Below, piece after piece: positions 34,330-46,409 of a stretch of DNA of 64,000 bases. The position numbers and the translations under genes were made by a program. Origin of the DNA: Eutreptiella sp. 'Long Island Sound 2002' (lineage: Eukaryota; Protista; Euglenida); contig OZ038378.1 of assembly GCA_964036045.1 (NCBI GenBank), forward strand, positions 183,272,001-183,336,000, given 5' to 3'. Numbering within the stretch: position 1 is the first letter of the stretch; each line of letters begins with the position of its first letter. The notes below the pieces were generated by a model, which saw only the letters and a list, made by a program, of their open reading frames with translations, was not told the DNA's origin and made no database searches.

Positions 34330-34980
34330 CGTCGCCATGACTGGCAAGGGTCGGCAGGGCCAGTGGGGCATGTGGACCTCTGGACCCAACTGCTGCACGA
34401 AAATGAGTCACAAGGGACAACCATACAGTGGCTGCACGTCCCCTCGCACGTAGGCGTGGATGGTAACACGCTCGCGGACCAGCTGGCTGACATCGGACGC
34501 CGGCACTCCCCCGTGCTGAAGGGGCAAGTCACGGTGTCACTGGCGGGAGGGGAATCACTAGACGAGTTGGAATCGGAACCGGAGTCCGACCTTGAAGCCC
34601 TAGTTATGTGGACAGCAATGGAGGGGGTGGGGGACCACGGCACCCCCCTCCCCCCACGGCAGGCGGCGAGCAACGAAGAAAGGGAGGGGAGGAGGGAACA
34701 ACCCCTGCTCACCCCCCCCCCCCCCCCAGCCAGCGACCACTCCACAACCCAAACGCAGTTGTCGCCACGCAGATTATGTCACACCCCAAGTCCATGGGCC
34801 ACGCGGTGGTCTGGTGGACATCGAAATTTGCACCCCCCCTTCAAGGGCGCCATGTCCATCCACGGGCCGCTCCACCCCACCCTCCCACTGGCGATCTCGG
34901 GCCCAGTCTCGGGCACCAGCTCCCCACTCCCCTCCGACGAGATCGCCTACACGGATTGAGTTTCACTCCCCTGACACACT
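34330..34980 (+). mobile_element. 3' part of a retroelement with RNase H C-terminus
   Basis: HVDLWTQLL...IQWLHVPSHVGVDGNTLADQLADIG is a clear RNase H signature; followed by an acidic/Pro-rich tail and (CT)n at about 34980-34990. Confidence 0.75.
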
Positions 34981-35182
34981 CTCTCTCTCCACGGACACAA
35001 CGTCGACCTGCAGCACTGAAGGCTCTCGATGTGTCACGCCGATCAAGATTTCTCCCCTGTTCTAACACACTCATACACACACGCCCACGAGACACACCAC
35101 GGCCGCAAGTACGACCCCGCCCCGGGAACACCCCCCACCAAGTGGCGGAGCTAGAATACTGGTAAGAGACATAGACGGCCCA

Positions 35183-35240
35183 ATAGCGAGAGCGGTAGTC
35201 TCCAGTCGTCCAGTGCGGGGGTTCGATTCCCGGGAGCTAC
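35183..35240 (+). mobile_element. Degenerate tRNA-derived (SINE-like) head followed by an internally duplicated body
   Basis: B box GGTTCGATTCCC at about 35219-35231; body duplication (gcagc..gcgccacc.ccggtac) at about 35300 and 35415. No clean cloverleaf and no TSD. Confidence 0.4.
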
Positions 35241-35692
35241 GGCTCTTGGGTCCCTTGCGTGTAGAGCTCTCTAGTGGGCATCGTTGGAACCACCCACCCC
35301 TACAGCAGCCCGCGCCACCGCCGGTACCGGCGGATCGGGTGGAGGTCTCGTCTATTTTTTGCACCAATGAAAACCCCCGCCCCAAAAAGAAATCGCATTG
35401 TGGCACCACACACTTGCAGCAGCGTGCGCCACCACCGGTACTTGAAGGGATCGATGGGAGGTCCCACCCATCGATCGGCGGCAACGGGACTCGAACTGGC
35501 GCCGAGTGCGCCGCCGCTCGGACATCGGCCGCCACAGATGGATAATGCCCCACCCCAGTGCACGGCTAATAGTAATCCCCTCACAGACTCTCTCTCTCCT
35601 GTCCACACAACAACGACTTGCGCCTTACACACCCAAACACACACATGTATGTGCCTGGTAACTCTGTATGTCACCCTGTACCCACTAGGCCT

Positions 35693-35860
35693 TTAGGCCC
35701 AAGGACCAACATCAGCAAACAGGGGGAGGGCATGGCCGAATGGGGCCAGTAGCAGCAAGTGCCCGCCCACTGGTGACCCCTGACCTATGCACGCCCCTGA
35801 TCCTATAGAAACACGGCCAGGCGTACGGGCGTGAGCCTGGCTGCATGTTTGCCAACCTAC
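35693..35860 (-). mobile_element. RT remnant (QG.P and FADx motifs)
   Basis: IGQGSPVGGHLLLLAPFGHALPLFADVG resembles RT motifs B (QG.P) and C (FADD). Confidence 0.5.
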
Positions 35861-36381
35861 ATTCCAACAGGCGACAGCTGACCTGGTACAGTGCTGCAGG
35901 GAGGAAGGGACCTTGGCCCTCAACCCCAGCCATCGAACACTCGGACAGCAAGCACAGCGAACAATGATCTGTTACACTGAACTGAGAGCAATGAAGACCG
36001 TCGGGCAGGCGTGGTTGGAGCTAATTGCGGTGAACCAAACCTGACCCATTGTGGCCCCCCCTTCAGACCCCCAAAAGTTTTCGCACCCGGTTGGGGTCTA
36101 GAGTTCGAACAGGCCGCCCCCTTGTTAGGGACTGCTTGAAATCTCCGGAGAATTGCCAGGGCGCAACAGCAACTGGCAAATCTGGACAAGTCGGCAAGCA
36201 GAATGCTCGAACTTCTCCCAAGCGGTGCGCACATCGAAGCCACCCCCTTCAACTCAGAGCCACACGGTAGTGTGAGGGAATGTGATGCCCTGTGTCCCAG
36301 GTCCGATATTATCCACACCAGTTTGGCTGGTCCGCGATCTTTGAGCGCGTACCTGTTTATCCCCACGGTTTGCACGCCGCA

Positions 36382-36701
36382 ATGGATGACCAGGACCATA
36401 TCACGCGTGACCAGACCGTCCCCACTTTCGAGGATGACCTTGGCTCTTGCCCCGACCCCGGATCTGGAGCTACCTCCAGCCCCTGTGTGGCTGGGCGCTT
36501 GCTGCCGTGCCAGGATGGGCACCCGCACTATCACATTGCCCCGGACTCTGCGCTCACCCTCGGCCGCTGCAAGGACCTGCCGGCGCAGAACCGGTGGGCA
36601 GACCCGCGCATGTCTTCACGGCACTGCACATTCGAAGCACGGCAGGAGACCCTTTGGCTGACTGACAGCAGCTCCAACGGCGTTCTGGTGAACTCAGTGA
36701 G
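36382..36701 (+). CDS. CHFR: CHFR-like E3 ubiquitin ligase, exon 1 (FHA N-terminal part)
   Basis: LTLGR...DPRMSSRHC...LTDSSSNGVLVN are the FHA motifs GR, SxxH and NG; donor GTGCGG at 36702, phase 2. Confidence 0.85.
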
Positions 36702-37067
36702 GTGCGGTGCGGTGCGGTGCGGCTCGATGTGGTGCAGTGCGGTGCTGTGCGGTGCTGTGATGTTTCGCATCCCACTCTCTGATTCCATTTATTCTTGTAT
36801 TTTTCCCTCTACTCACGGTGCTTGTTGTGCCCTGAGAACTTCTTTGCAATTCTCACTCTCTGGCTTGATGTCACTCCCGTGGCATCCTCAGCCTTGTTCC
36901 ATTGTTGGCTCTTACTTGTGTGTTGCTTTCTGAGTGCTCTTGTGACTGATGCGCGCACATCCGATGGTGCGGTGTGGTACCATGTCCTATACAATCCCGT
37001 GCCCCACTTGGTTGCGATGATCTGTTCCAAAGCGTAGCCACGCATTGCATTGCGTCCAAATGTGCAG

Positions 37068-37611
37068 GGTGCCGAAGGGGGAGGCTGTGAAGCTTGCGCA
37101 TGGGGACGAGGTTGCGCTGACGCGGCGGCAGGTCAAGGACGACGTGGAGCGCGCCCCGATTCTGTACATTGTGCAGTTGCCAGAGGGAAGCCGCCCGGCC
37201 CCTGCGGCACAGTCAAGACCGGCGCCAGTCCTCAGCCGCAGTGGCACTGTTGTGCTGCCCACTGCAGCGCCTCTGAGTCCCCCTGCGGCGCGCGCCACGC
37301 CCGCCACGCCAGATGCCTTACCGCCCACTCCCCCGCAGATTGCGACGCCCCCGGCTCATCCGGCAGTGCCGCAGAGAGAGCCATCCCACAGCAGCGGTGC
37401 GAGCGACGGGAAGCCTGCCACCGGCCCTGCCCGCCCCCGCAGCCCTACGCGCTCAGGCACTGTGGTCATAGACTTGGAGCGAGATGCAGACACGGACGCT
37501 CCTCCAGCCAAAAAGCCCCGTCGGACCCCATCCCGGAAAGCCGCAGTCCCGCGCACAACGGCCGACATGTCGTCCATGGAGGAGAACCTGCAGTGCGGTG
37601 TATGTCAGGAG
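37068..37611 (+). CDS. CHFR: CHFR-like, exon 2 (FHA end, linker, RING start)
   Basis: tgtgcAG acceptor; (R)VPKGEAVKLAHGDEV completes the FHA; ends MEENLQCGVCQE; GT donor at 37612. Confidence 0.85.
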
Positions 37612-38605
37612 GTCATCACCCCCAACCCCCCAACCACCACCTACTATTTGTCGGAGTATTCATTCTGAACTGCGGAACCCACCCACCACCACAACCTCTC
37701 CCACTGCAGTGTGGCATGTGTTGGGAGTTATCTGCCCCCCCTTCCCCCTCCCAGCCCTCCCCTCCTGACATACACCACACTGCAGTGGGGAACGGGGGGA
37801 GTGAATATCTCCTGACTGTCTTCACTTGCGTTCTGGGCATGATGCAGTGCAAACGGTCTCAAGCGCGTTGTGCTTTCTTTGTGTGACCTACTTGATACTT
37901 GTTGATGGAGTTTCTGTCTGTGTCAACAGCGTGGTTTTTTGAGACGGAGCGGAAGTTGGTCCCAATGTGCACCAAAGCAACCCACAACGCGTCCGCACGG
38001 CGGCAACTTTCCCCCGCTGCATTGTGGCATGTGTCATAAACTATTTCGCCCTCCTCCCCTCCCCCTTTGCATTGTGGCATATGTCAAGAGGTGCCCCTGC
38101 CCTACCCCTTTTCCTATGTGGTATGTCAGCTGGTGTTCACCCACTCTTCCACCCTGCAAGAAAAGGTGCATCGGAGAAGGAGGATATGTTTCTCAGCATT
38201 GAGTACTTACACGGTGAAAAGTTGGCGAACCACCCTTGTGCTCCCTTGGGGTGAATTGAATTTCCCATTTCATCTTCCTCACCATCACCATCATCACCAC
38301 ATCATCACAGAGGCTTCAAATGGCACAGTCGTTGTTTACATGCCTCCGCCTTTGGCTGCACTCGCACCCACACCCAAACCAACAAGGTTGCTAGTCCCAT
38401 GGGCCCCACCCCCCTAGCAACCCATGTTGCTTGATTCTGCGCTCTGAAGAGATTCAGGCACTTGTGATGGACCTGCCCTCAAAATGAGGTGCATTGAGGT
38501 CTCCAAGGTTGCCACAGAGTTGGATTGTTCTTCATTGAATTCCAAGAGGCGGCACTCAAAGGTGGAGGTTGCTGCCAAGCTTTTTAGTTGCATCGTGACA
38601 CCGCT

Positions 38606-38830
38606 GTCAAGCTAAAAATCGTTGAGTATGCCACAGAATTTGTGTGGTCCAAAGTTATCGGCTGCCCCTCCCAAAATGTTCAGGATTGGGTGGTCAAATG
38701 GGCGCCATTGAAGAAGCTGGCTCACCAAAAGGGTGGCACAAAGAAGCCTTTACACCCAAGCAAAATGTTGCGTCATCATGAAATCGAAGGTCGCAAATGC
38801 AACTGCTTACTCAATGGGTGGACTCATGCC
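38606..38830 (+). mobile_element. pogo/Tigger-like transposase N-terminal HTH remnant in CHFR intron 2
   Basis: VKLKIVEYA...NVQDWVVKW...LKK resembles the BrkDBD/HTH_psq-type start of pogo transposases. Confidence 0.45.
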
Positions 38831-39733
38831 ATTGTGGTTGCAGAAATGATGATGATGAAAAAGGCCCAATTTCTTCATGACGATGATTATCATCCCGATG
38901 AAGTGAACATTGTTTGGGCCTGGGGTGGTGTGGGGTGGGGTTTGGCCAAAGCATTTGAAATCACCCAGGAGGGAAATCATTGTGGAGGGATATTATGGAG
39001 CCCAGTTTCATCGCTAAGGATTTCAAGATCTCAGAAGATGTCCTGTCCTCACATGCTTCCAAGCCCAAGCCCAAGACCAAGCCCAAAGCTCAGGCCAAGC
39101 CCACGCCCAAAGCAGGCAAGGGGCTTATGCAATTGTGCAAATGAGGAGATTGTAGTAAAAGGATTCCCCGCCAAGAAAGTGGAACACACTGTGCAAACTG
39201 CTGCATTTGTTTGTTGTGTTGTGTGCTTCACTTCTCAAAGGGGCATATGGGTGGATCTTCTACACACCACATTTTGGTTTTGTGCACAACCTCGTCTTGT
39301 CTAAGCCCCACCTCATGTGGATTGTAATTTTCTTTCCATTTTCAGGAGGCTTGGACCGGGGTGGTCGGGGGGTGCCCCATATGTGAGTCACATCTGCCTG
39401 CCCCATGCACATCCCATGCACATCACGCATGTCCTCCACACCTACGTTGCGTGTGCCTTCCTCATGTACATCAAGGGTACAGCCTCCGTATGCCTGAACA
39501 TGCATGCGGCAGCACACGTGGGAACATGGGACACATGGGATGGGTCGGACTTGTGCTACAGTACAGAAGTGAGAGCAACGCCTGAGAAAGCGTCCCAGAC
39601 TCGGCAACTGTCATAACACATGTACACTCTGTGCCCAGCTGATGGCCTGTGAGCCGGATCGGTCAGCGAAGGATCTGACTCTGTACCTGAACCATGTTTT
39701 CCATCTTGCCTCTCCTGTTCGCGCGTACCACAG

Positions 39734-40042
39734 GTGTTCTACAAGCCCGTCACTTGCATCCCCTGTATGCACAACTTCTGTGCCGCATGCTTCAGCCAGT
39801 GGATGGAGCGCAGCGATGCCTGTCCCCAGTGCCGCGTTAAGGTCGTGGAAGTTCGGCGCAATCACGCCATCGCAAATGTTGCGGAGGACTTCCTCAAGTC
39901 GTACCCGGACCGGCGCCGCTCTGAAGCGGAGCTGAAGGAGCTCGACGCAAAGAACAAGATATTGGATGAGATGCTGCGTGTGTCTGGCAAGCGCACCCGT
40001 TCTTTCTCTGACTCGGAGGACGAGGAGGACGAGGAAGAAGAG
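39734..40042 (+). CDS. CHFR: CHFR-like, exon 3 (RING)
   Basis: VFYKPVTCIPCMHNFCAACFSQWMERSDACPQCR completes a C3HC4 RING; acceptor cacAG at 39732-39733, donor at 40043. Confidence 0.92.
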
Positions 40043-41477
40043 GTCTGTCGGGCCCCCATTCTTTCCTCTTCGTTGGATACGGGGGCAAGGTCGCTGTTCC
40101 GAATACCACGCCCTTATTTGAGCCTCCCCCAATACTACAAGAGATCGAGGTCCAGAGTTCCGCTGAACAAAGGAGTACCAGCGAGGGGTAGGGGTGTGTG
40201 TGGGGGGTCCCAGACCACCCACAACCTCCACCCTGTTTCGGGGACCTGGGTCCCCCGAATGCGCTTGAATCCTTTGCCTGAATCAGTAGATTCCTGGCTG
40301 CAGCAGTGAAAAGGACGTTTTTTAAGACAGGTGCCTGTGCTGTAATGAGAGATAACTCTGTGTAACTGTGTTCACCTTTTCTAAGCAGACGATTCTCATG
40401 CAAAAGTGCGCTGCTTGTGGCAGCAAGGTGTCAGTTCAATCATGGACCTTGATGCACCTCAGCAGGCCCAGTTTGAGGAACAACACCCTGGCATTGCAAC
40501 CGGGGCTGTTGTGTTCACTGAGTGTGCAGTACCTTCAACCATCACCGTTTTTTGCAACGACAGCTGCAGCCTCATCAGTACAAAGGAACAATGGAAGCAG
40601 TGCCAAGACTCCTGTCAAGATGCCGACACCTGCTGAACCTAGGCCAGCCGCTGCCAGAAGGCATGTTGCTAAACATGTGACGGTGGACCAAAGTTTTGAA
40701 AAGTTTGGCAGGTGTGGGCTGTGCAACAACAAAGGGTTGTTCGTTTTCAAATATTGTGGGGCAAAGGTGGCTTGGATACCAGGTATATACCATTGAGCTA
40801 CCACCCCTCTCTGACAGTGAACTGCTGAACTGTGACATACAGACCAGCGACTGTTTTATTAGAAGATTCCAACAAATGAGGGGTTTGCTAATAACCCTAA
40901 CTCCGCAACAATCAGAAAAAACATATTTTTTGGGGCTGTGACTGGGCACTTGGCCAATTTATGACCGTTTACCCCAGCCCGGATGAGCCCGAAGCACTGG
41001 ATCCCCCCCCCCCCCCCCTCCAAAACGGGGTGCCCCCCAGCCCCCCAACACGCTCTAAGTGATTGGGCCAAATTCCTCCGCGTCTTCGGCGCAATCTTTC
41101 GTCATGTAGTTTCCAGCATACACGGCACTGCAGCACGTGCGATTGAGACGATGCAACCGAGGATCTTGGTCAGTCAGATTCCGCCTTCGTTCTCAACTAT
41201 GTTGGCCAGGGTCTCGAGGCAGGTCATCATGACTGTGCTGATGGCGGGAGTAACATTGTGAGTCTGGCCACCAGCCCGCGGGTCCAAGGGGAATGTGCGC
41301 TCCATAGCACTACCCCCCCCCCCCCAGCCTGGTGCATCCAAGACTCAGTATGATCCACTAACGTCTGATGTGTGCCGGAGTAGGAATCAGACCCAGCCCC
41401 TCGATGCACGATGCAGGTGCTGACTGCAGCCCTTCACCTCCCACCACCGTCCTCGCTCTCACTTTCCTCTCTCGCAG

Positions 41478-41818
41478 GACGAAGAAGATGTGGACTCTGC
41501 GGACGGGTCAGACGGCGGCGTGGCTCACGGAGGTGGGCACTGGCCCCCGCTGATGGGGGGCTTCACCTTCGGGGCCCCATTCGGGGGCCCCATCCGCCCC
41601 GCTTTCGGGTATGGCATGGGGGCATGGCACGCAGGAATGCCAGACACGTGCCGCGCGTGCGCCATCCCGGACCGGCACGGATACCAGTGCCCTACGGAGG
41701 GCAAGCGCCACAAGACGTGCGTTCTTTGCCGTCAGCGCTTTCCAGATCGCGAGTGTGGGGTCGCGACGGAGTGCGCCCTGTGCAAGAAGGCCTTCTGCGA
41801 CCCGTATTGGGGCTGTCG
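41478..41818 (+). CDS. CHFR: CHFR-like, exon 4 (Cys-rich domain)
   Basis: CRAC...YQC...HKTCVLCRQRFP...CALCKKAFCDPYWGC matches the CHFR cysteine-rich region; acceptor ctcgcAG, donor GTATGC at 41819, phase 2. Confidence 0.9.
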
Positions 41819-43074
41819 GTATGCCGCTGACCAACCGCCTGCACGCCTGCACCCTCTGCAGCCTCGGCAAGCCTCCACACGCCTCTTTACCCTCCACAGG
41901 GCGTTTTTCAGTGGACAAGTTCTTTTCGTTTTTTTGCCACTCACAAAGCGTTGACCTGCCTGGCCGTTGGTTATCCTCCGTCCGCCATCGCTTACCTAAA
42001 CTACTGTTGGTTGCCCTCCAACCGCCGTTGGTTGCTTTTCAAGGGCCGTCCAATTGTCTGCCTAAATAATGAGCTGGAGGACGGAAGTTTTTTTATATTT
42101 TAATCAAAACCTTCCTGACCCTCCACTGCCCTCAACATTCATCCTCTCCATCACCGATGTCAGCTCCTGCTGTAGCTGCTGCTTGATCATATGCCTGCCC
42201 CCGTGGTCCGTTTGGTTCCAGCCGTATTGGTTTTGTCAGCGCGGAGATGCACGCACGTTGATGGCTCGCCGCATGATTATGGGCCATCGCAGTCCCTCAC
42301 TGCCCCTGTGCAGTCCCATGCCCATCCCTCCAAGCGACCCTCCAAGCGCCCACACGGCACCCCGTCCCCTCCATGCCCTTCCACGGCGCTCCGGAGCACC
42401 CCACACACCTGCAGTACTCCGTGCCTCCCTGGGCGCACCCACAGCAACCGCTGCAGGGGTAGGGGGGCACTGCGGCTGGGGCAGGGTGCACAGCTGCAGG
42501 GGGCAGCGGCCATGCGCAGGGGCTGGGGGCTCTGCCGCTGGGGTGGAGCGCTTCGCTGCAGGTGGCAGGGTGCACAGCTGCAGCGGGTAATAGGGCAGGA
42601 TGCACTGCTGCTTGGGCTGCCACGGGGGGGGGGGGGGGGCGCGAGGGTGCAACCTCCCCCTGCAGCGGTGCACCGCGCACCCATGCCGAGGTACATCCTG
42701 CCCCGGCGGTAGCACACCCTGCCCCTGCAGCAGTGCCTCATGCCCTTGCAGCTGTGCATCCTGCCCCCGCGTCACTACATTCTGCCCTTGCAACAGTGCA
42801 CCCCCACCCCCCAACCCACCAAGCAATAGCACAGTGTGCAGTAGCCCCATGCGGCAGCACAGTGTGCAAACCCGCTGCACCCTGCCCCAGCAGCAGTGCC
42901 CCATGCCCCAGCGACAGTGCATCCAGTCCTTGTGCATCACACCCGGCCCTAGCAGTGCACTCCAGCAGCAGTGCACCTTGCCCCTGCCCCTGAAGCAGTG
43001 CACCCTCCCTCAGCGCCACTGCATCCTAACCGGCAACAGTGCGCCCTGCCCTTGCAGCACTGCACATTGCCCCC

Positions 43075-43205
43075 CTCACAACCCTCCTCACAACCCTCTA
43101 CACAACCCTCTACACAACCCTCTACACAACCCTCTACACAACCCTCTACACAACTCTCTACAACCCTCCACACAAACCTCTACACAAAACCCTCTACAAC
43201 CCTCT
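43075..43205 (+). repeat. 12-bp microsatellite (ACAACCCTCTAC)n, with degenerate cagcagtgcaccctgcccc repeats at 42700-43070
   Basis: About 6 near-perfect tandem units plus decayed units just before the exon 5 acceptor. Confidence 0.9.
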
Positions 43206-43250
43206 CTGGCCCTCAACCCTCCACACTTCTCAACAACCTTTACACGTTAG

Positions 43251-44253
43251 GTCTATGGAGGGAAGGGACTCGCTGCAGCCCTTGTGGCAGCGGCGCATGG
43301 GTATGTTCCCGCCACGGGCCTTCGGGGGAAACCCCGTGGAGATGCAGATCCTGGTCACGCACACCCGCAGCAAAGCGCTGAACGCCAACGACGTGTGGCA
43401 AGTGTGCATGGGGCACATGAATCGGGAGTGGGTGTTGCAGGCGAAAGATCTGCCGTCCTTCGTTGCTGCATCCTCTACGTCGCTCGCTGGTCCCGGCTCC
43501 GCCCCGATCCCACTCGGTGTCGCAGCCCCAGCGCCGGCCCCAGCGCCGGCGACCGCGACCGGCCTGCCTCCAGCTGCTACTACCGCCCCAATCGCCGGCA
43601 CTGCCACATCAGACGAGACAGCCGCGGTGCCCGCAGCCACCAATGCCGCAGCCCCAGAGGGCACAGCAGCATCAGCCGCCGCCACCACAAGTGGAGCACC
43701 CGTAGCCTTGCCCAGTACGTCCAGCTCTACCTCCAGCTCAGACCTGCCCCGGGCTGCCGCTGATGAAGATCCTGCAGCAACGGCCGCCGCCTCCCCCGAC
43801 CCCTCCGCCCCGACTGACCCCTTGGCACCCGCTGCCTCCGCCTTGAGCGGCGGCTCCGTCACATCCGCGGCCACTCCTCCGGACGCTCCACCGTCCTGCT
43901 CGACAGCGGCCTGCGCCTCTGCTGCATCCTCCGCCTCCGCCTCTGTCTCCGCGACCGCCGCGACACCGGCACCAGCAGCGCCTGCGGGCTCCTCCGGTGC
44001 TGCCGCCGCCCCGGCGCTGGGCCCGGTGCTCGAGCCCAGCAGGTTAACACCCGAGCACCCGTGCTGCCTGCGGTGTGCCGGGGAGGTGTTCGCGGAGCTG
44101 GTGTTTCAGTACCGCGTGGCCCTGCCCAGCTCGGAGCTACCGGCGGCGGCGTCCAGTCGGCCCTACTGCTGGTACGGCAAGGAGTGCCGCACGCAGAAGC
44201 ACAATCGCGCGCACGCGGAGCGATACAATCACGCATGCAACTCCATACGGTGA
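43251..44253 (+). CDS. CHFR: CHFR-like, exon 5 (rest of Cys-rich domain, Ala/Ser/Pro insert, PBZ finger)
   Basis: CCLRCAGEVFAELVFQYRVALPSSELPAAASSRPYCWYGKECRTQKHNRAHAERYNHAC parallels the human CHFR C-terminus (F.EL..QYR..IP.SELP...SRP.C..G..CRTQ...HA...NH.C). Exon sum is 2517 nt = 838 aa plus stop. Confidence 0.92.
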
Positions 44254-46409
44254 GGGCGTGTGTGTGGTGTGTGGAGGAAGGGAGCCAGCCCCCTCCTCGT
44301 GCCCTATGCATGGGCCCCTTCCCCCTCACCACCCATGCGAGGGGGGGGGGCTGTTCTCAGGAGAAATGTACTGTCAACGTGTCCTTGTGCTACGCTGCTG
44401 GGCAGCCATTGTGTGCAATTGTTTTCCCTTGGTGTCTTAAAGACGAACCAGGCCCTCCATATTTCTTGCTGGGGCACACTTTGTGTATGCGAGGGCTCAG
44501 CAAGCAGTGTGCCTTTAGTGGTTCATGGGCCTCTGGCCAGAGGGGACAGAATTGTGGCCATCGCAGATGCAAGTGCTTCCCCGCGAAAGACCGGCCCACA
44601 ATTTTATGCAGAGTGGGGCTGAGTGTTCACTATGTGTGCCCCTTTGTGCAGCCCACGCAAGTGTACGCCGGTCGGCTCCCGTGTGCGGTCGTGTTTGTCC
44701 CCACTACAGTTCTTGCCACAACGGCTTCCATCTCACCTCCACCCGCGGCAGTAATGTAAATGGGGTTGAAGGCTCTTTTGTGATGTAAAACCACTTTTTT
44801 GCGAAATGCATCTTTCGGCATTTTTTTTTTAACGGATCCTAACCTTCTGAGCTTACACATGTTTTGCACGTTTGGGCCCAGTCTGGGCATTTTGACCTCT
44901 TTTATATGCCTTTCCCTGTGAATCCTCGGAGTATGCAAGCAATGCAAGCGATATCCGGCATTCCGCGCGGTCAGAATCAACAGTTCTCCACATTTTGCCA
45001 TCGCTGACGTTCATTTCACGTGTAGAACCGGGGCTCAAGTGCTGCAAAAAGTGGTACTTAGGTTGGTTCAACACCCGTATTTTATCCGTCTGCAAAGGGA
45101 CCGCATGCCGGCCTGGCACGCGAACCTTTGTGCTCGCTCGGTTCCTATGGTCCCTGTGGAGGTGTGCTCAGGATTTGGGTGGCCATGGCCTTGAGGGAGG
45201 GTGCAAGAGGCGGCGTACCGAAAATACTCAGCCATTCAGGCGGCGTTTTGGCGGAAATTGGTCATGGTTGTCTCTCTGGCTTCACATTAGGTCACTTACC
45301 TCTGTTGTTTTGGCAGTGTTTGGCAGTGTTTTGAGCTATTGGTAGGTTATCGGATTGCTTAAGTTGTGGGTCTTTGTACACGTGGTACTGTGGCGTGCCT
45401 AAGCTTCACCGGGCCACCAACCAAGTGTAGTTAAGTTCATTGGGCATGAATGCACGGGGCTGGCCTTTGGTTTGTGCCATGAGGCCTCATTCACTACTAC
45501 TCTCAAGCCTTGGGGGTTTGGCATTTTGATTGTCGTGGGTCGTGGTTTCGAGATATGATAGGTTCAGGTTTTCAGCATCCTGAAATTCAACAAACGTGGC
45601 CGTTCTTCCAAGTGATATGACTGCAAACCCACATTCCTATGTATGATTTACCAAGTATAGTTTGTTCATTTGCACATAATTGATTCCACTAAGCCCCGTT
45701 GGCTACCTCTTCCATGCGTTGGGAGTTTTTCCATTTTGGCTGAAATTGCTGTTGTCACGGGCCGTAATTTCGTTGGTCGTGTGGCGGCCAGCTGTGGAGA
45801 TTGAACGTAAGTCCGTCGTCATTTTCTAACTTGAAACATGTACGTGACATACACAAGGAGGACAAATGGTGCCTCACTGCCAACCCTGAGCCAAGACCTG
45901 AATCAGTGAACCAATTGAGGCTTTTGTTTTGGTGGCTGGAGTTTGCGCTACCAGACACCTCTCATCCTCCACCCCTACTACAGCGCCCTTAGAGGCAACT
46001 TTGAATCAGCCAATGAAGCATTCGAGAAACTCATGATTAGGTGAACTCAACACAACATTCAGCATTGGTTCAACGTGATCACCAGATCGCTTATGTCATG
46101 GATGCGTTTGGTACCTTCGTATCCGTGGCTTTATCCCTGTTCTCCACACAGGGCACGAAGGCACACAGCAGGCTGCCACGTCATGGGCAGTCTAATGGCC
46201 GTTCCATCGATGGATGTGATACCAGCACATGGCCTAGGGGGGATTTCCGTTTGGCGCCATAAATCCATTTGATTGCTGCTCAAAATGCCAGCTTGAACTG
46301 AGATACAGCGAAGCGCTTGTTCAGGTCCAGGTTGCACCAGAACGGCATCCTTAATGCCTGCGCAAGTTACTTGTGTCAGCAAACATCCTTCCATCCCTTC
46401 CCTGTACTG

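Noticed and set aside
36924-36940. Match to the euglenid spliced-leader 5' end (ctttctgagtg)
   Set aside because: Only about 11 nt, intronic, with no following T-tract or GT donor; compatible with chance.
40406-40636. Extra CHFR exon
   Set aside because: Ends in a stop and is not needed: exon 3 joins exon 4 in phase 0 within the acidic linker.
42236-43250. Cys/Gln-rich ORFs in CHFR intron 4
   Set aside because: Derived from cagcagtgcac simple repeats; the CHFR frame joins cleanly across this interval.
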